From assembly GCA_016866955.1 (NCBI GenBank), contig VGKT01000002.1, positions 16,072-80,071 on the forward strand: a DNA stretch of 64,000 nucleotides. The letters are read 5' to 3'. The stretch comes from Candidatus Pacearchaeota archaeon. Lineage in GTDB: Archaea; Nanobdellota; Nanobdellia; Pacearchaeales; GW2011-AR1. Under the pieces are notes generated by a model. That model ran no database searches, was not told the origin of the DNA, and was given only the letters and a program-made list of their open reading frames with translations. A program made the translations under genes and the position numbers. Every line of letters begins with the position of its first letter. Position 1 is the first letter of the stretch. This document shows, in pieces, positions 38,976-48,140 of the stretch.

Positions 38976-39536
38976 TTACTCTTCATCAACCAAGGAAATA
39001 TCCTTCCCCATCAAATCCTGAGCCGTAGCATCAGCAATCGCTTGTACTGAAGAGGCCGCAACAATGCTTTTGGTCGTAGAAGCATGAGGGGTATGAGGTA
39101 AGTAACTTCCCCCTCTTCGTACATTCACCCCATAATATCGTTCTAAAGTACTTAACGCCACATAATCTCGTCCCACCACTCCATTTTCAAGCAATTTAAT
39201 ATCTTCTTTTTTCACACCCGTTGCATCACTCACTTGTTTTCGAGTCATATTACGCACTTTACGTTGCTTCTGCAATTCCCAATGAAAATGATCTGCTAAT
39301 CCTGCCCGTAATTCATCATCACGCAAAGGCTTGCGATACTCCTCAAATTTCAATAATCCCCGTTTAGTATGACTTGGGGCTCCTGGAACAGCACGAGATA
39401 AAGGAGTCATCGTTCCTTCAGTCACCACATCAGGCACTTTCTTCACAATTAACAACCCTTCACGCCGTGCATAGGATTCAGGGACTTTGACAATCTTACC
39501 ATCTGCAATTGCCTCTACATAGGATACTAAAGCCAT
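38976..39536 (-). CDS. MBF1-like Cro/C1 HTH protein
   Basis: L.D.FHW.LQ..RK.RNMTRKQV....GV....IKLLENG. Confidence 0.7.
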   Translation of the reverse strand: MALVSYVEAIADGKIVKVPESYARREGLLIVKKVPDVVTEGTMTPLSRAVPGAPSHTKRGLLKFEEYRKPLRDDELRAGLADHFHWELQKQRKVRNMTRKQVSDATGVKKEDIKLLENGVVGRDYVALSTLERYYGVNVRRGGSYLPHTPHASTTKSIVAASSVQAIADATAQDLMGKDISLVDEE

Positions 39537-39576
39537 ACTACAATAAGGAGAAATCTACTTTAAAGGGATTATGGTG

Positions 39577-41445
39577 TTAGGAATGTATATCTTTAGTGCT
39601 ATGAAAAACAATATATAACAATAGAACTAATCCGATTAAACTTAGTATCCGACCAATATAATTAAAGATATTATATGACTGATAAAATTCTATGCCTTTA
39701 GAATAATAATCTGGAGTAGCGGACATCATTCCAGGACCTATTATTTCAATAGGAATCTCTTTTTTAGATATAATATCTCTAGCTTTCCAAGAAGAATGAT
39801 AAAATTCTTTAAATATTACTTTTCCTTTTTCAGAACCATTTAGATAAACAATAACCAAATCTGGATTTTCTCTCTCAAACAAATAATTTAACTCTGCAAT
39901 GTTATTTGAATAAGAAATTATAGATTTTTTATTTAAATATTCATAAATATTCTTTGTAGAATCAAAAAAATCAATTGAGTTGACCTTCTTAAATAATAAA
40001 TTAGCACTTTCGAATTTCTTATCTGCTAAACTATCATTATTTACTTCTATATGACTTACACCAAACCAATCAAGATAATATAATGTTGAATTTAAATCCG
40101 AAGAACCCCATATCGAATCAATAAAATAAAAAGTATAATTTTGAAAAACTATTCCTTGATCATAATATCCTGAAATTTGACTCTGTCCAGGATAAAAGAA
40201 ATTCATCGCTTTTGCACTATAACCTACTGCTGCAAATCTATAATTATTAAAATTATTATTCATGGATAAATTATTATTTTCAAAATTATCCCAGAATACT
40301 CCAAAATTACTATCCCAATATTCATGACTATAATTATTGTTATTATCTCTTATAGCCTGATAACTCCAAATTAGCCCTAATATCAATATTAATATAACAA
40401 TTATTTTTAGATATTTTATATGATTAAATTTATTTAACATAATACCTAAAGAAATACAAATAATAACTGCTAAAAGAAAAATAAATCTTGCAGATTCTAT
40501 TCCAGCAGGATAAAACTTTCCAAGACCTCCCGATAATAAAAATAAAGAGATAATTCCAGCAGCAATTAAAAAGTTTAATATTTTATCTTTTCTTAAAAGT
40601 TTAAATCTATAAGCATAAACAAAAATAATACATAAGAATAAAGAAAATAATACCCCTATAGAACCGCCGTAATGACCCCATCTGAAAGTCTCATTGACTC
40701 CTAAAAAAGATATAAAACTAGGAATATAATTCATCTCTTTTGCTATATAACTTGAAGATTTTAATAAGAAAGGAATTAGCCAACATGAAGAAATAAGAAT
40801 ACCTGGAATTACAAACTTTATTATATATATAAGTTTATTATAAATATTTGAATTAACAAATAAGATTCTAAGAGATAAAATAAAAATAACACATAGGCCT
40901 GTGAATATATGACTTAATATAGAAATTGCAATAATAGGTGCAAGCAATAAAGAATATTTAGGTTTTGAAAAAGAATATTCTAATAATAACATAGAAATAG
41001 GAATAGTCCATAGAGAAAACATAAATGGATAATTTCCAACGGCTATAAAATAATAAGAATTTGCCAATACAGTTAAAAAAAAGAGTGAAGAAATAAGAGA
41101 ATTAAGTATATTTTTAATATAATAATTTAACAAAAAGAAAATACCCGATGTAGTTATAACTATACTTAAAAAACACAAAATAACACTACCAAAAAATAGA
41201 TCATTAAACATATTTAATAAATAATAAAATAAAGGAGGATAATATTGTAATAATGGGCCTCCAGAATACCATGCATAATTCCAACTAGCTCCTGGAAAAG
41301 ACTGCATATATTTAACTTTACTCAAGTGTCCTAATGAATCTAGTCCGATAGGATGATTTGTGTTCAAAACAGGATAAAATAATATAAAACTTACTAAGAT
41401 TATTATTAAAGCAGAATAAAAATTGTTTAATTTGAAAAAGTCCAT
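39577..41445 (-). CDS. PTPS-related / GT-C-fold multi-pass membrane protein
   Basis: G.D..GH, W...WYSG.P.LQYYPPLFY, many TM helices, C-terminal E.YH..W.A. Confidence 0.82.
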   Translation of the reverse strand: MDFFKLNNFYSALIIILVSFILFYPVLNTNHPIGLDSLGHLSKVKYMQSFPGASWNYAWYSGGPLLQYYPPLFYYLLNMFNDLFFGSVILCFLSIVITTSGIFFLLNYYIKNILNSLISSLFFLTVLANSYYFIAVGNYPFMFSLWTIPISMLLLEYSFSKPKYSLLLAPIIAISILSHIFTGLCVIFILSLRILFVNSNIYNKLIYIIKFVIPGILISSCWLIPFLLKSSSYIAKEMNYIPSFISFLGVNETFRWGHYGGSIGVLFSLFLCIIFVYAYRFKLLRKDKILNFLIAAGIISLFLLSGGLGKFYPAGIESARFIFLLAVIICISLGIMLNKFNHIKYLKIIVILILILGLIWSYQAIRDNNNNYSHEYWDSNFGVFWDNFENNNLSMNNNFNNYRFAAVGYSAKAMNFFYPGQSQISGYYDQGIVFQNYTFYFIDSIWGSSDLNSTLYYLDWFGVSHIEVNNDSLADKKFESANLLFKKVNSIDFFDSTKNIYEYLNKKSIISYSNNIAELNYLFERENPDLVIVYLNGSEKGKVIFKEFYHSSWKARDIISKKEIPIEIIGPGMMSATPDYYSKGIEFYQSYNIFNYIGRILSLIGLVLLLYIVFHSTKDIHS

Positions 41446-42494
41446 ATCTTATTACCTATAAAATTTAATATGAATGAAAACCCAATAGCTATAATCTGTG
41501 AAATTAGGTAATAAACTCCTAAAAGTTCGGTAAATGAATATAATACTGCTAAATTAATAATAAGAGCACAAATACTCACAATCAAAAATTTATAATATTT
41601 CGATAAAATCTTATATTTAATGCTTTCATTGAAAGTTAATACCTTATTTAAAATAAAATTACTTGAAGCCGCTAAAAAGAAAGAAAGAATAGCTGAAAAT
41701 ATATAATAAACTCCTAAAAGTTCAGTAAATGAATATAATACTGCTAAATTAATAAATGTGCCAATTAATCCGACTAAAGAAAATTTAATGAATTTACCGG
41801 ATAGATTTCTATGAGAAAAAATATAACTTGATAGGTTTCTAAGATAATAAATAATCTCTTTTATTCCTGCCTTACTCTTTCCATGAACGCGATTAGTGAA
41901 AATTATAGGTACTTCTTTAATTTTAGAATACTTGGCTTTAACAATAATCTCCAATAAAATCTTAAATCCCTTTGGATTAATTTTTATCCCATTTAAACAT
42001 TCTTTTTTTATCATAAAAAATCCAGACATTGGATCTTTAATGTTAGTAAATACTCTGGCCAAAAAAGTTGCTCCCTTAGAAAGAATTTTTCTATAATTTC
42101 CCCAACCAACTATATTTCCTCCTTTGACATACCTACTACCTATAACAATATCAACATCTTCATCTTTTATTAAAGAGTACATTTTATTTATGCTATCAGA
42201 AGGATGACTCAAATCCGCATCCATAACTGCAAGCACTTTGCTTTTTGATATTTTAAAACCTGCTAATACTGCTGAAGAAAGCCCCAATTTTCCAGTTCTA
42301 TGTATAACTCTAACTTTCTTATCTTTCTTTGATATATAATCTAATAAATCGCCAGTACCATCAGGAGAGTTATCATCAACTATAATGATTTCCCCATTTA
42401 TTCTATTTTTATTGAACTTTTTTTTTAAATTATTTATTAGAATAACAATATTCTCTTTCTCATTATATGTGGGAATTACGACTGATAAATCCAT
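41427..42494 (-). CDS. GT2 polyprenol-phosphate glycosyltransferase (DPM synthase-like) fused to GtrA
   Basis: IPTYNE.ENI, VDDNSPDGT, MDADLSH, DPMSGF; C-terminal KFSLVG...NF..NK.WTF. Confidence 0.93.
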   Translation of the reverse strand: MDLSVVIPTYNEKENIVILINNLKKKFNKNRINGEIIIVDDNSPDGTGDLLDYISKKDKKVRVIHRTGKLGLSSAVLAGFKISKSKVLAVMDADLSHPSDSINKMYSLIKDEDVDIVIGSRYVKGGNIVGWGNYRKILSKGATFLARVFTNIKDPMSGFFMIKKECLNGIKINPKGFKILLEIIVKAKYSKIKEVPIIFTNRVHGKSKAGIKEIIYYLRNLSSYIFSHRNLSGKFIKFSLVGLIGTFINLAVLYSFTELLGVYYIFSAILSFFLAASSNFILNKVLTFNESIKYKILSKYYKFLIVSICALIINLAVLYSFTELLGVYYLISQIIAIGFSFILNFIGNKIWTFSN

Positions 42495-42527
42495 AAGAAA
42501 GATAATAAAAAAAATAGCTTTTAATAC

Positions 42528-43208
42528 TTAACTATTCAATTCATTATTTAATACAAGATATTGTTCAGAATTTTTTAGCTCATCAATTCCTTTCAAAACT
42601 GCTTTTTCATTGATTATTACTGAAGGATAATCTGTAATATTGTAAAATTCCATTAACAAATCTAATGACTTTATATCTAAATCTGCAGCAATAGGAATTA
42701 AAACAATATCATCAGGATATTTATTATCTAAGTCCACTAAATAATTACTTATTCCGCCTTGAATACCTTTAGTTACAATTGAAGGATTTCTATATTTATA
42801 CAAATAAACTATTGTATTAATTTTTAGCCCACAATTTTTCTTCTGATTGATATAATTTTCCCAAAGTAGAATTCTCAATAAATCATACCTTTTATGAAGA
42901 TTTATTAAATCAGGAGTTATCTTATTAGAATTATCATATTTTTCCAATTTAACTGCAGTCTTATAAACTTCTTCATTTAAATCATAAACAACCTTAGACT
43001 TCTCCTTGCAACTTAAATTATGGTTGTTTAATATATCAAAAGAATATCCAATATCAGATACCGATATTTCATAGTCATAATACAAGTCAGAAATAGCACT
43101 AACCCTATTATTTTCATAATATGTTCCAAACAAAAGACCTACTCCAAGTAAAAATACTGCAATCAATATTGCTTCTAAAAATACTAGCTTATTGAATAAA
43201 GTTACCAT
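42528..43208 (-). CDS. membrane-anchored protein with thioredoxin-like C-terminus
   Basis: N-terminal TM; IVYLY ... YNITDYPSVIINE. Confidence 0.7.
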   Translation of the reverse strand: MVTLFNKLVFLEAILIAVFLLGVGLLFGTYYENNRVSAISDLYYDYEISVSDIGYSFDILNNHNLSCKEKSKVVYDLNEEVYKTAVKLEKYDNSNKITPDLINLHKRYDLLRILLWENYINQKKNCGLKINTIVYLYKYRNPSIVTKGIQGGISNYLVDLDNKYPDDIVLIPIAADLDIKSLDLLMEFYNITDYPSVIINEKAVLKGIDELKNSEQYLVLNNELNS

Positions 43209-44434
43209 TTTTGATCCTTTACAACATACCTATAGATAGATACGACCCATACAATAGGATATATCATAAGATAAATAAGGGTATAAAAAACTATCCTTGA
43301 AAATACTTTAAAAGATAACTTTTTCATATAGCCTGTTTTTATCAGAATAAATCTATAATATATCATTGAAGAGATAAACAATAAAATCAAATAAAATATA
43401 ATTACTGAAGGATAATAATTGAAGAGATTGAAATGAAATAAACTAGCACCTAAAGATGAAGAATAAATTAAAGTTAAAATTGATGAAAATAATTGTTTCA
43501 TTAATAAGTATAATGAAAAAAAGAATCCAAATAAGCTTAAGAAAATACTAAGAGAGACAAAAGGCAAAACAAACACTCCAAACATTCCTTTTTTGAAGAA
43601 TATTGAACGATATTTGAAGAGTGCTTGCAAACCTCCTAATCCCCATCTAGTTCTCTGTCTAAACCATTGTTTGAAAGTAGTAGGAACGATAGTAGATACT
43701 CTAGCATCCAAGCACATACCGGTTTTATAATTATGACTCAATAAATTCCAAGTTATATCTATATCTTCAGTTATACTAGTTGGATCAAATCCACCCACTT
43801 TTTTAACATAAGTTTTTCTATAAACACTTAAAGGCCCATTAGTTACATAAACAGAATCTATAAAATCTAATAATTTTCTTGTCCAGCCCATTAGTAAGTA
43901 CTCAACTGCTTGAATCTTTGATAAATAATTATTATCAGAATTTCTAGCGCTTACAAAAGAAGTAACTGCAGACATTCTAAAATCTTCAAAATATCCCACT
44001 ATTTTTTTCAATGAATCTTTTGAAGGAAAACTATCTGAATCTACCACTGCAATTAATTCTCCATTTGCTAATTTTATTCCCTTGTTTAAAGAATCAGCTT
44101 TTCCTGAGTTTGGTTTATCTAATAATATAACCTTCTTATATTTAGAAACATATTTTTGAATAACTTTCTTTGTCCCATCTTTACTGCCATCATTAATTAC
44201 TATAATTTGTATTTTATCTTTAGGATAATCTAAATCCAATAAATGATCAATTGTATTTGCAATACTATCTTCTTCGTTATATGCAGGAACTAAAAAACTA
44301 ACAGAAGGATAATTTTTAACTGGAGGAGAATAAAATAATAATTTTCTATTCTTGATAAACAATATGACAAAAAAAGCAAACATTATGATTGCAATAAACA
44401 TTAAACCAAAATAAATCCTTATTATTAACTCCAT
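43202..44434 (-). CDS. processive GT2 glycosyltransferase (PgaC/cellulose synthase-like)
   Basis: PAYNEE, DGSKD, GKA..LN, DSD, TED, QRTRW. Confidence 0.93.
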   Translation of the reverse strand: MELIIRIYFGLMFIAIIMFAFFVILFIKNRKLLFYSPPVKNYPSVSFLVPAYNEEDSIANTIDHLLDLDYPKDKIQIIVINDGSKDGTKKVIQKYVSKYKKVILLDKPNSGKADSLNKGIKLANGELIAVVDSDSFPSKDSLKKIVGYFEDFRMSAVTSFVSARNSDNNYLSKIQAVEYLLMGWTRKLLDFIDSVYVTNGPLSVYRKTYVKKVGGFDPTSITEDIDITWNLLSHNYKTGMCLDARVSTIVPTTFKQWFRQRTRWGLGGLQALFKYRSIFFKKGMFGVFVLPFVSLSIFLSLFGFFFSLYLLMKQLFSSILTLIYSSSLGASLFHFNLFNYYPSVIIFYLILLFISSMIYYRFILIKTGYMKKLSFKVFSRIVFYTLIYLMIYPIVWVVSIYRYVVKDQKW

Positions 44435-44439
44435 ATTTA

Positions 44440-45027
44440 TTACTTAACTCCTTCTGAAATATTTTCTTTATTTTCCTCTATTACCTCTTCTTGATCGTCA
44501 TCTCTGCCTTCTCCTTCATTGACTTCTTTTCCGGAGTCTGCATGGAAATATTCATGAAATTGCGCACTCAAACTTAATTCATTCGTATGCCCCATTTTCT
44601 TTTTTACTAATAAACCCATAGCAACAAATCGCTTAATATGATCATAGGCCTTATTTCCCCTGATTTTAACAAGAACCGATTGTTTCATCGGTTGTTTATA
44701 GGCAATAATAGCCAAGGTTTCTTGTTCAGCTTTACTAAATTCACTGTTTCCGGTAGCTAAAGTATTAACCAAAGTCGCATATTCTGGAGCAACATCCATT
44801 TTCCATAAATCCCCCTGTCGCACTACACGAATACCTGAACTAGCATACGCATCAGTTAAATCATTCAAAATTTTCTTTAACAGCAAAGGATTCACATCAG
44901 TTAAAGCAACCAATTCAGTAATGGTCATATATTTACCCGCAATAAACAAAGCAGCTTCGACTTTACGCTCTGCTTCATGTGCATGGGCATCATCAACTTC
45001 TTCTACACTCATACGAGAAAGGTCCAT
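44440..45027 (-). CDS. scpB: segregation and condensation protein B
   Basis: VEAALF, ETLAIIAYKQP, IRG...YDHIK. Confidence 0.93.
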   Translation of the reverse strand: MDLSRMSVEEVDDAHAHEAERKVEAALFIAGKYMTITELVALTDVNPLLLKKILNDLTDAYASSGIRVVRQGDLWKMDVAPEYATLVNTLATGNSEFSKAEQETLAIIAYKQPMKQSVLVKIRGNKAYDHIKRFVAMGLLVKKKMGHTNELSLSAQFHEYFHADSGKEVNEGEGRDDDQEEVIEENKENISEGVK

Positions 45028-45056
45028 AAAAAAGAGAAGGGAAACCGCTTTTAAAA

Positions 45057-45626
45057 CTATACGCCTGAGTCAATCAATAAAGTCTCAATAATTCCTGCAA
45101 TCAAAAGAAGAGGCAAGATGACGCATACAAAAGTAATCAAAGAAGTGCGTAACATTAAACTAAAGGTCTCTTTCCTACGAACGCCACTTAAAGAAAGCAA
45201 TACTGAGATACTTTCTACTCCTAATCGCAGACCCAAAGCCAAAGCTATAAACAAAGCAGGTAATTCAAAAACACCATGAGGTAATAAACGCCACATTGCT
45301 CCGAATCCTTCTTTCGCACTAACCAAAGCTGCAACATATCCCAGAATACTTCCATTCAAAAATACAATACCTAACGGTAACAAACCAAAAAGAATACCCC
45401 CGATCATCCCAATGAAAGCAGCTTGAAAATTATTAAGAAAAATAAAATAAAACAAATCAAAGCCCTCTAACGTGCTCGCTTGAGTAAATAATTTTTCTAA
45501 ATAAGGATCAAATCCAGTAAAGAGAGAAGGAACAAAAAAAGCAATCAAAGCAGAACAGAAGAAAAGAGCAATAACAATACCTACGTAAAGTTGTAATGAA
45601 AGAAGAGACGAACGAAGAGAAATCAT
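45057..45626 (-). CDS. SpoIIM-like membrane protein
   Basis: IFLNN, NG..LG, LLPHGVFELPA, LL.AG.IE. Confidence 0.92.
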   Translation of the reverse strand: MISLRSSLLSLQLYVGIVIALFFCSALIAFFVPSLFTGFDPYLEKLFTQASTLEGFDLFYFIFLNNFQAAFIGMIGGILFGLLPLGIVFLNGSILGYVAALVSAKEGFGAMWRLLPHGVFELPALFIALALGLRLGVESISVLLSLSGVRRKETFSLMLRTSLITFVCVILPLLLIAGIIETLLIDSGV

Positions 45627-46441
45627 TTGAAAAACTTCCTTAACAACGCAATTTTATTAGGGTAGTATAATCGCAAAATAAACCCATAAAGTAACCCTAC
45701 CACAAGTCCCCCAAAATGTGCCGTATTCCCAATTGGTAAGGGAAAAAAGAAGCTAATGATTACCAGTGGAACGATTGCCACAACTGGGGCCCATGCCAAA
45801 GGTAATGCAAGAGGAAGGGCATATCTCTGCCAACGTGCATTAAACGTAAACATACTTACCAACATGCCAAGAAGAAGTATATTCAAAAGAAATTGCACAA
45901 AAGGAACAGGATATAATTCATCAACCAAAACCTGTGCAATAAAAACTAATAATGGCCCCGCAACCAAATAAATCTTATGTCGTGGAATAAGCACCGCCAT
46001 AACACCCAACAAACCAAATAACGCCCCTGATGCTCCTGCCGCATACGTATCAAGTCCTCCAAAAATCCAATCACCACGAGGAAGAGAAGAACCAATACCC
46101 GCACCAATAGCAAAAAAGGCAACGGCAACAACACCAGAAATAAAGTATAAGCTCAGAAAACGTCGTTTACCAATAATTCGTTCACAAAAAGCTCCTAAAA
46201 AGAACAACGTAAACATATTAACAAATAAATGAAAGAAACTTTGATGCATAAACATACTAGTAATAATCGTCCAAAGATGTTCTCCCCCCAATAATGCTCG
46301 AGGTTGTGCTTCGATCATTCCAATATCCAAAATACCTAATCGAATGAGAAAAGAAAAAAGAAAAAAGAAAAAGACGTTTGCACAAATTAACCAAAACGTA
46401 GCTCCAATATGCTTAAACAAAGAAAAAGGAAATTGAGACAT
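45623..46441 (-). CDS. rhomboid intramembrane serine protease
   Basis: TSMFMH...HLFVNM, GASGA, AHFGG. Confidence 0.95.
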   Translation of the reverse strand: MSQFPFSLFKHIGATFWLICANVFFFFLFSFLIRLGILDIGMIEAQPRALLGGEHLWTIITSMFMHQSFFHLFVNMFTLFFLGAFCERIIGKRRFLSLYFISGVVAVAFFAIGAGIGSSLPRGDWIFGGLDTYAAGASGALFGLLGVMAVLIPRHKIYLVAGPLLVFIAQVLVDELYPVPFVQFLLNILLLGMLVSMFTFNARWQRYALPLALPLAWAPVVAIVPLVIISFFFPLPIGNTAHFGGLVVGLLYGFILRLYYPNKIALLRKFFK

Positions 46442-47154
46442 TAGCGTTTCTTTTTAGATTTAGATGAACCAAATAATTTTTTGACATTACCTTTCATACG
46501 TTTCAATAATCCCTTTTCCTTCAAACGTTCTTTTGCTCGTATAGCACGTTTCACTGCACGTTCTTTAGCCTTCTTACGCACGTCTGCTTTAATTTTACGT
46601 TGGCGTACTTTCTCATCAGCAACTTGTACAGTATCCAAATGTGCACTCACTTTATTCAATGTTGCTTGTACCTTAGCCAATTCTTTTTCAAGTTCAGCAA
46701 TCACCGGAGTAGTGTCACGTAATGTCAATACTTCACCACATTCAGCACATACATAATCTTGCAATAGTGCTTGATCTTCAGTTAAATGCACTGCACAATG
46801 AGCACAAGTATAGAATCGACCAGTCTTTTGTGAATGTATTTGTTCTTGTAACGAAGTTTGTTGTGTTATCAATGAAGTTTGATAGGATGCAATACTCTTA
46901 GAAAGACTGAGGGTCCAGAAATAAGTATACCATCCTCCCTTTTTTGCATCTTTTTTACGAATAAAACTAACCAATCCTGCATCGGCAAGACGATACAAGA
47001 TATTACGTGTTTGATTAATAGTTAGTTTCAATTTCTTTGCAATAAGAAATTCATTTACATTTTTCTTTTCATAAAGAGAATCAACTACTCCGAGAGCTGG
47101 AGGACCAACCAATGCAGAAAGAATCGTTTTAAGAAGGGGACGTAAATCGGTCAT
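46441..47154 (-). CDS. tfe: transcription factor E (TFE alpha)
   Basis: NEFLIA..L..TINQTRNILY.L, GWYTYFW, CxxC...CxxCG Zn ribbon. Confidence 0.92.
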   Translation of the reverse strand: MTDLRPLLKTILSALVGPPALGVVDSLYEKKNVNEFLIAKKLKLTINQTRNILYRLADAGLVSFIRKKDAKKGGWYTYFWTLSLSKSIASYQTSLITQQTSLQEQIHSQKTGRFYTCAHCAVHLTEDQALLQDYVCAECGEVLTLRDTTPVIAELEKELAKVQATLNKVSAHLDTVQVADEKVRQRKIKADVRKKAKERAVKRAIRAKERLKEKGLLKRMKGNVKKLFGSSKSKKKR

Positions 47155-47253
47155 CGAGGAGCGTGTAAAAGTCTGTTAAAAAAGCTTTCGTGAAATTGTA
47201 ACCATTCTATAATGAATATAAACCTATATAAATGAATTTAGAAAATTGACATA

Positions 47254-47751
47254 ATGTTCTGGAATAAAAAAGAAGAAGAAAAGAAAGCCCTTCCAGATTT
47301 ACCTCAAACTCCTAGTTTTAGCGTTCCGAATGATATCCCAACACGCGCACTCCCTCAATTCCCCGAACATCCCCAACTCCAACCTACTTCTTCTTTCCAC
47401 GATGATCTTGAAACAGTACAAATCCATCCCTCCACACAACCGCGCACCACAGAATTTGGAGGTTCTTCATTTCAAGCACCTACCCTCACTCAACAAGCAA
47501 CACCAGAATATAAACCAAGTGCAATAAAAACAAAACAAGAAGAAGTCTTCGTAAAATTAGATAAGTTTCAATCAGCACGTAAAGCGTTATCGAGTGCGCA
47601 ACATCAAATAGAAGACATTGCAGGAACACTCAAACGCATACGCGAAACAAAATTGCGCGAAGAACAAGAACTTGCGTCCTGGGAAAAAGAAGTGACAACT
47701 GCAAAAACAAAGATAGATGAAATAAACGCCATGTTATTTGAGAAACTCTAA
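47254..47751 (+). CDS. hypothetical protein (Pro-rich N-terminus, coiled-coil C-terminus)
   Basis: LPDLP, VFVKLDKF..A, EEQEL..WE. Confidence 0.75.
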   Translation: MFWNKKEEEKKALPDLPQTPSFSVPNDIPTRALPQFPEHPQLQPTSSFHDDLETVQIHPSTQPRTTEFGGSSFQAPTLTQQATPEYKPSAIKTKQEEVFVKLDKFQSARKALSSAQHQIEDIAGTLKRIRETKLREEQELASWEKEVTTAKTKIDEINAMLFEKL

Positions 47752-48095
47752 TGACTGCTGAATATATACGTTTTGCTCAGCAGGAGGCAGTACAAGGACA
47801 AAAGAATTTACTTGAATCACAAGTACATCTGCTTCAAGGATTAAAAAAATTCAAAGCTTATCGTCTCCTTCGTGCAGAAGAACTTCGTCTCAAAATTCAA
47901 TTAAAACAACAATATGATGCACTTATTGAACAGCTTGACATTCTAAATCGTATTCTCCCTCAAACTGAATTCAAACCAACTCCTCAACCAAAACAAATAA
48001 CAAAACAAGAACGAGAAGTATCTCCAACAATACAAGAACACTCTCTCGAAGATGAACTTGCAGCAATTCAACGTAAACTACAATCGCTCAAATAA
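47751..48095 (+). CDS. hypothetical coiled-coil protein
   Basis: Coupled by TAATG; ends LEDELAAIQRKL. Confidence 0.75.
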   Translation: MTAEYIRFAQQEAVQGQKNLLESQVHLLQGLKKFKAYRLLRAEELRLKIQLKQQYDALIEQLDILNRILPQTEFKPTPQPKQITKQEREVSPTIQEHSLEDELAAIQRKLQSLK

Positions 48096-48140
48096 GTAAG
48101 CTAACAAAAACTTCTTATACCACTTCCGCTCAAAAGCAGT

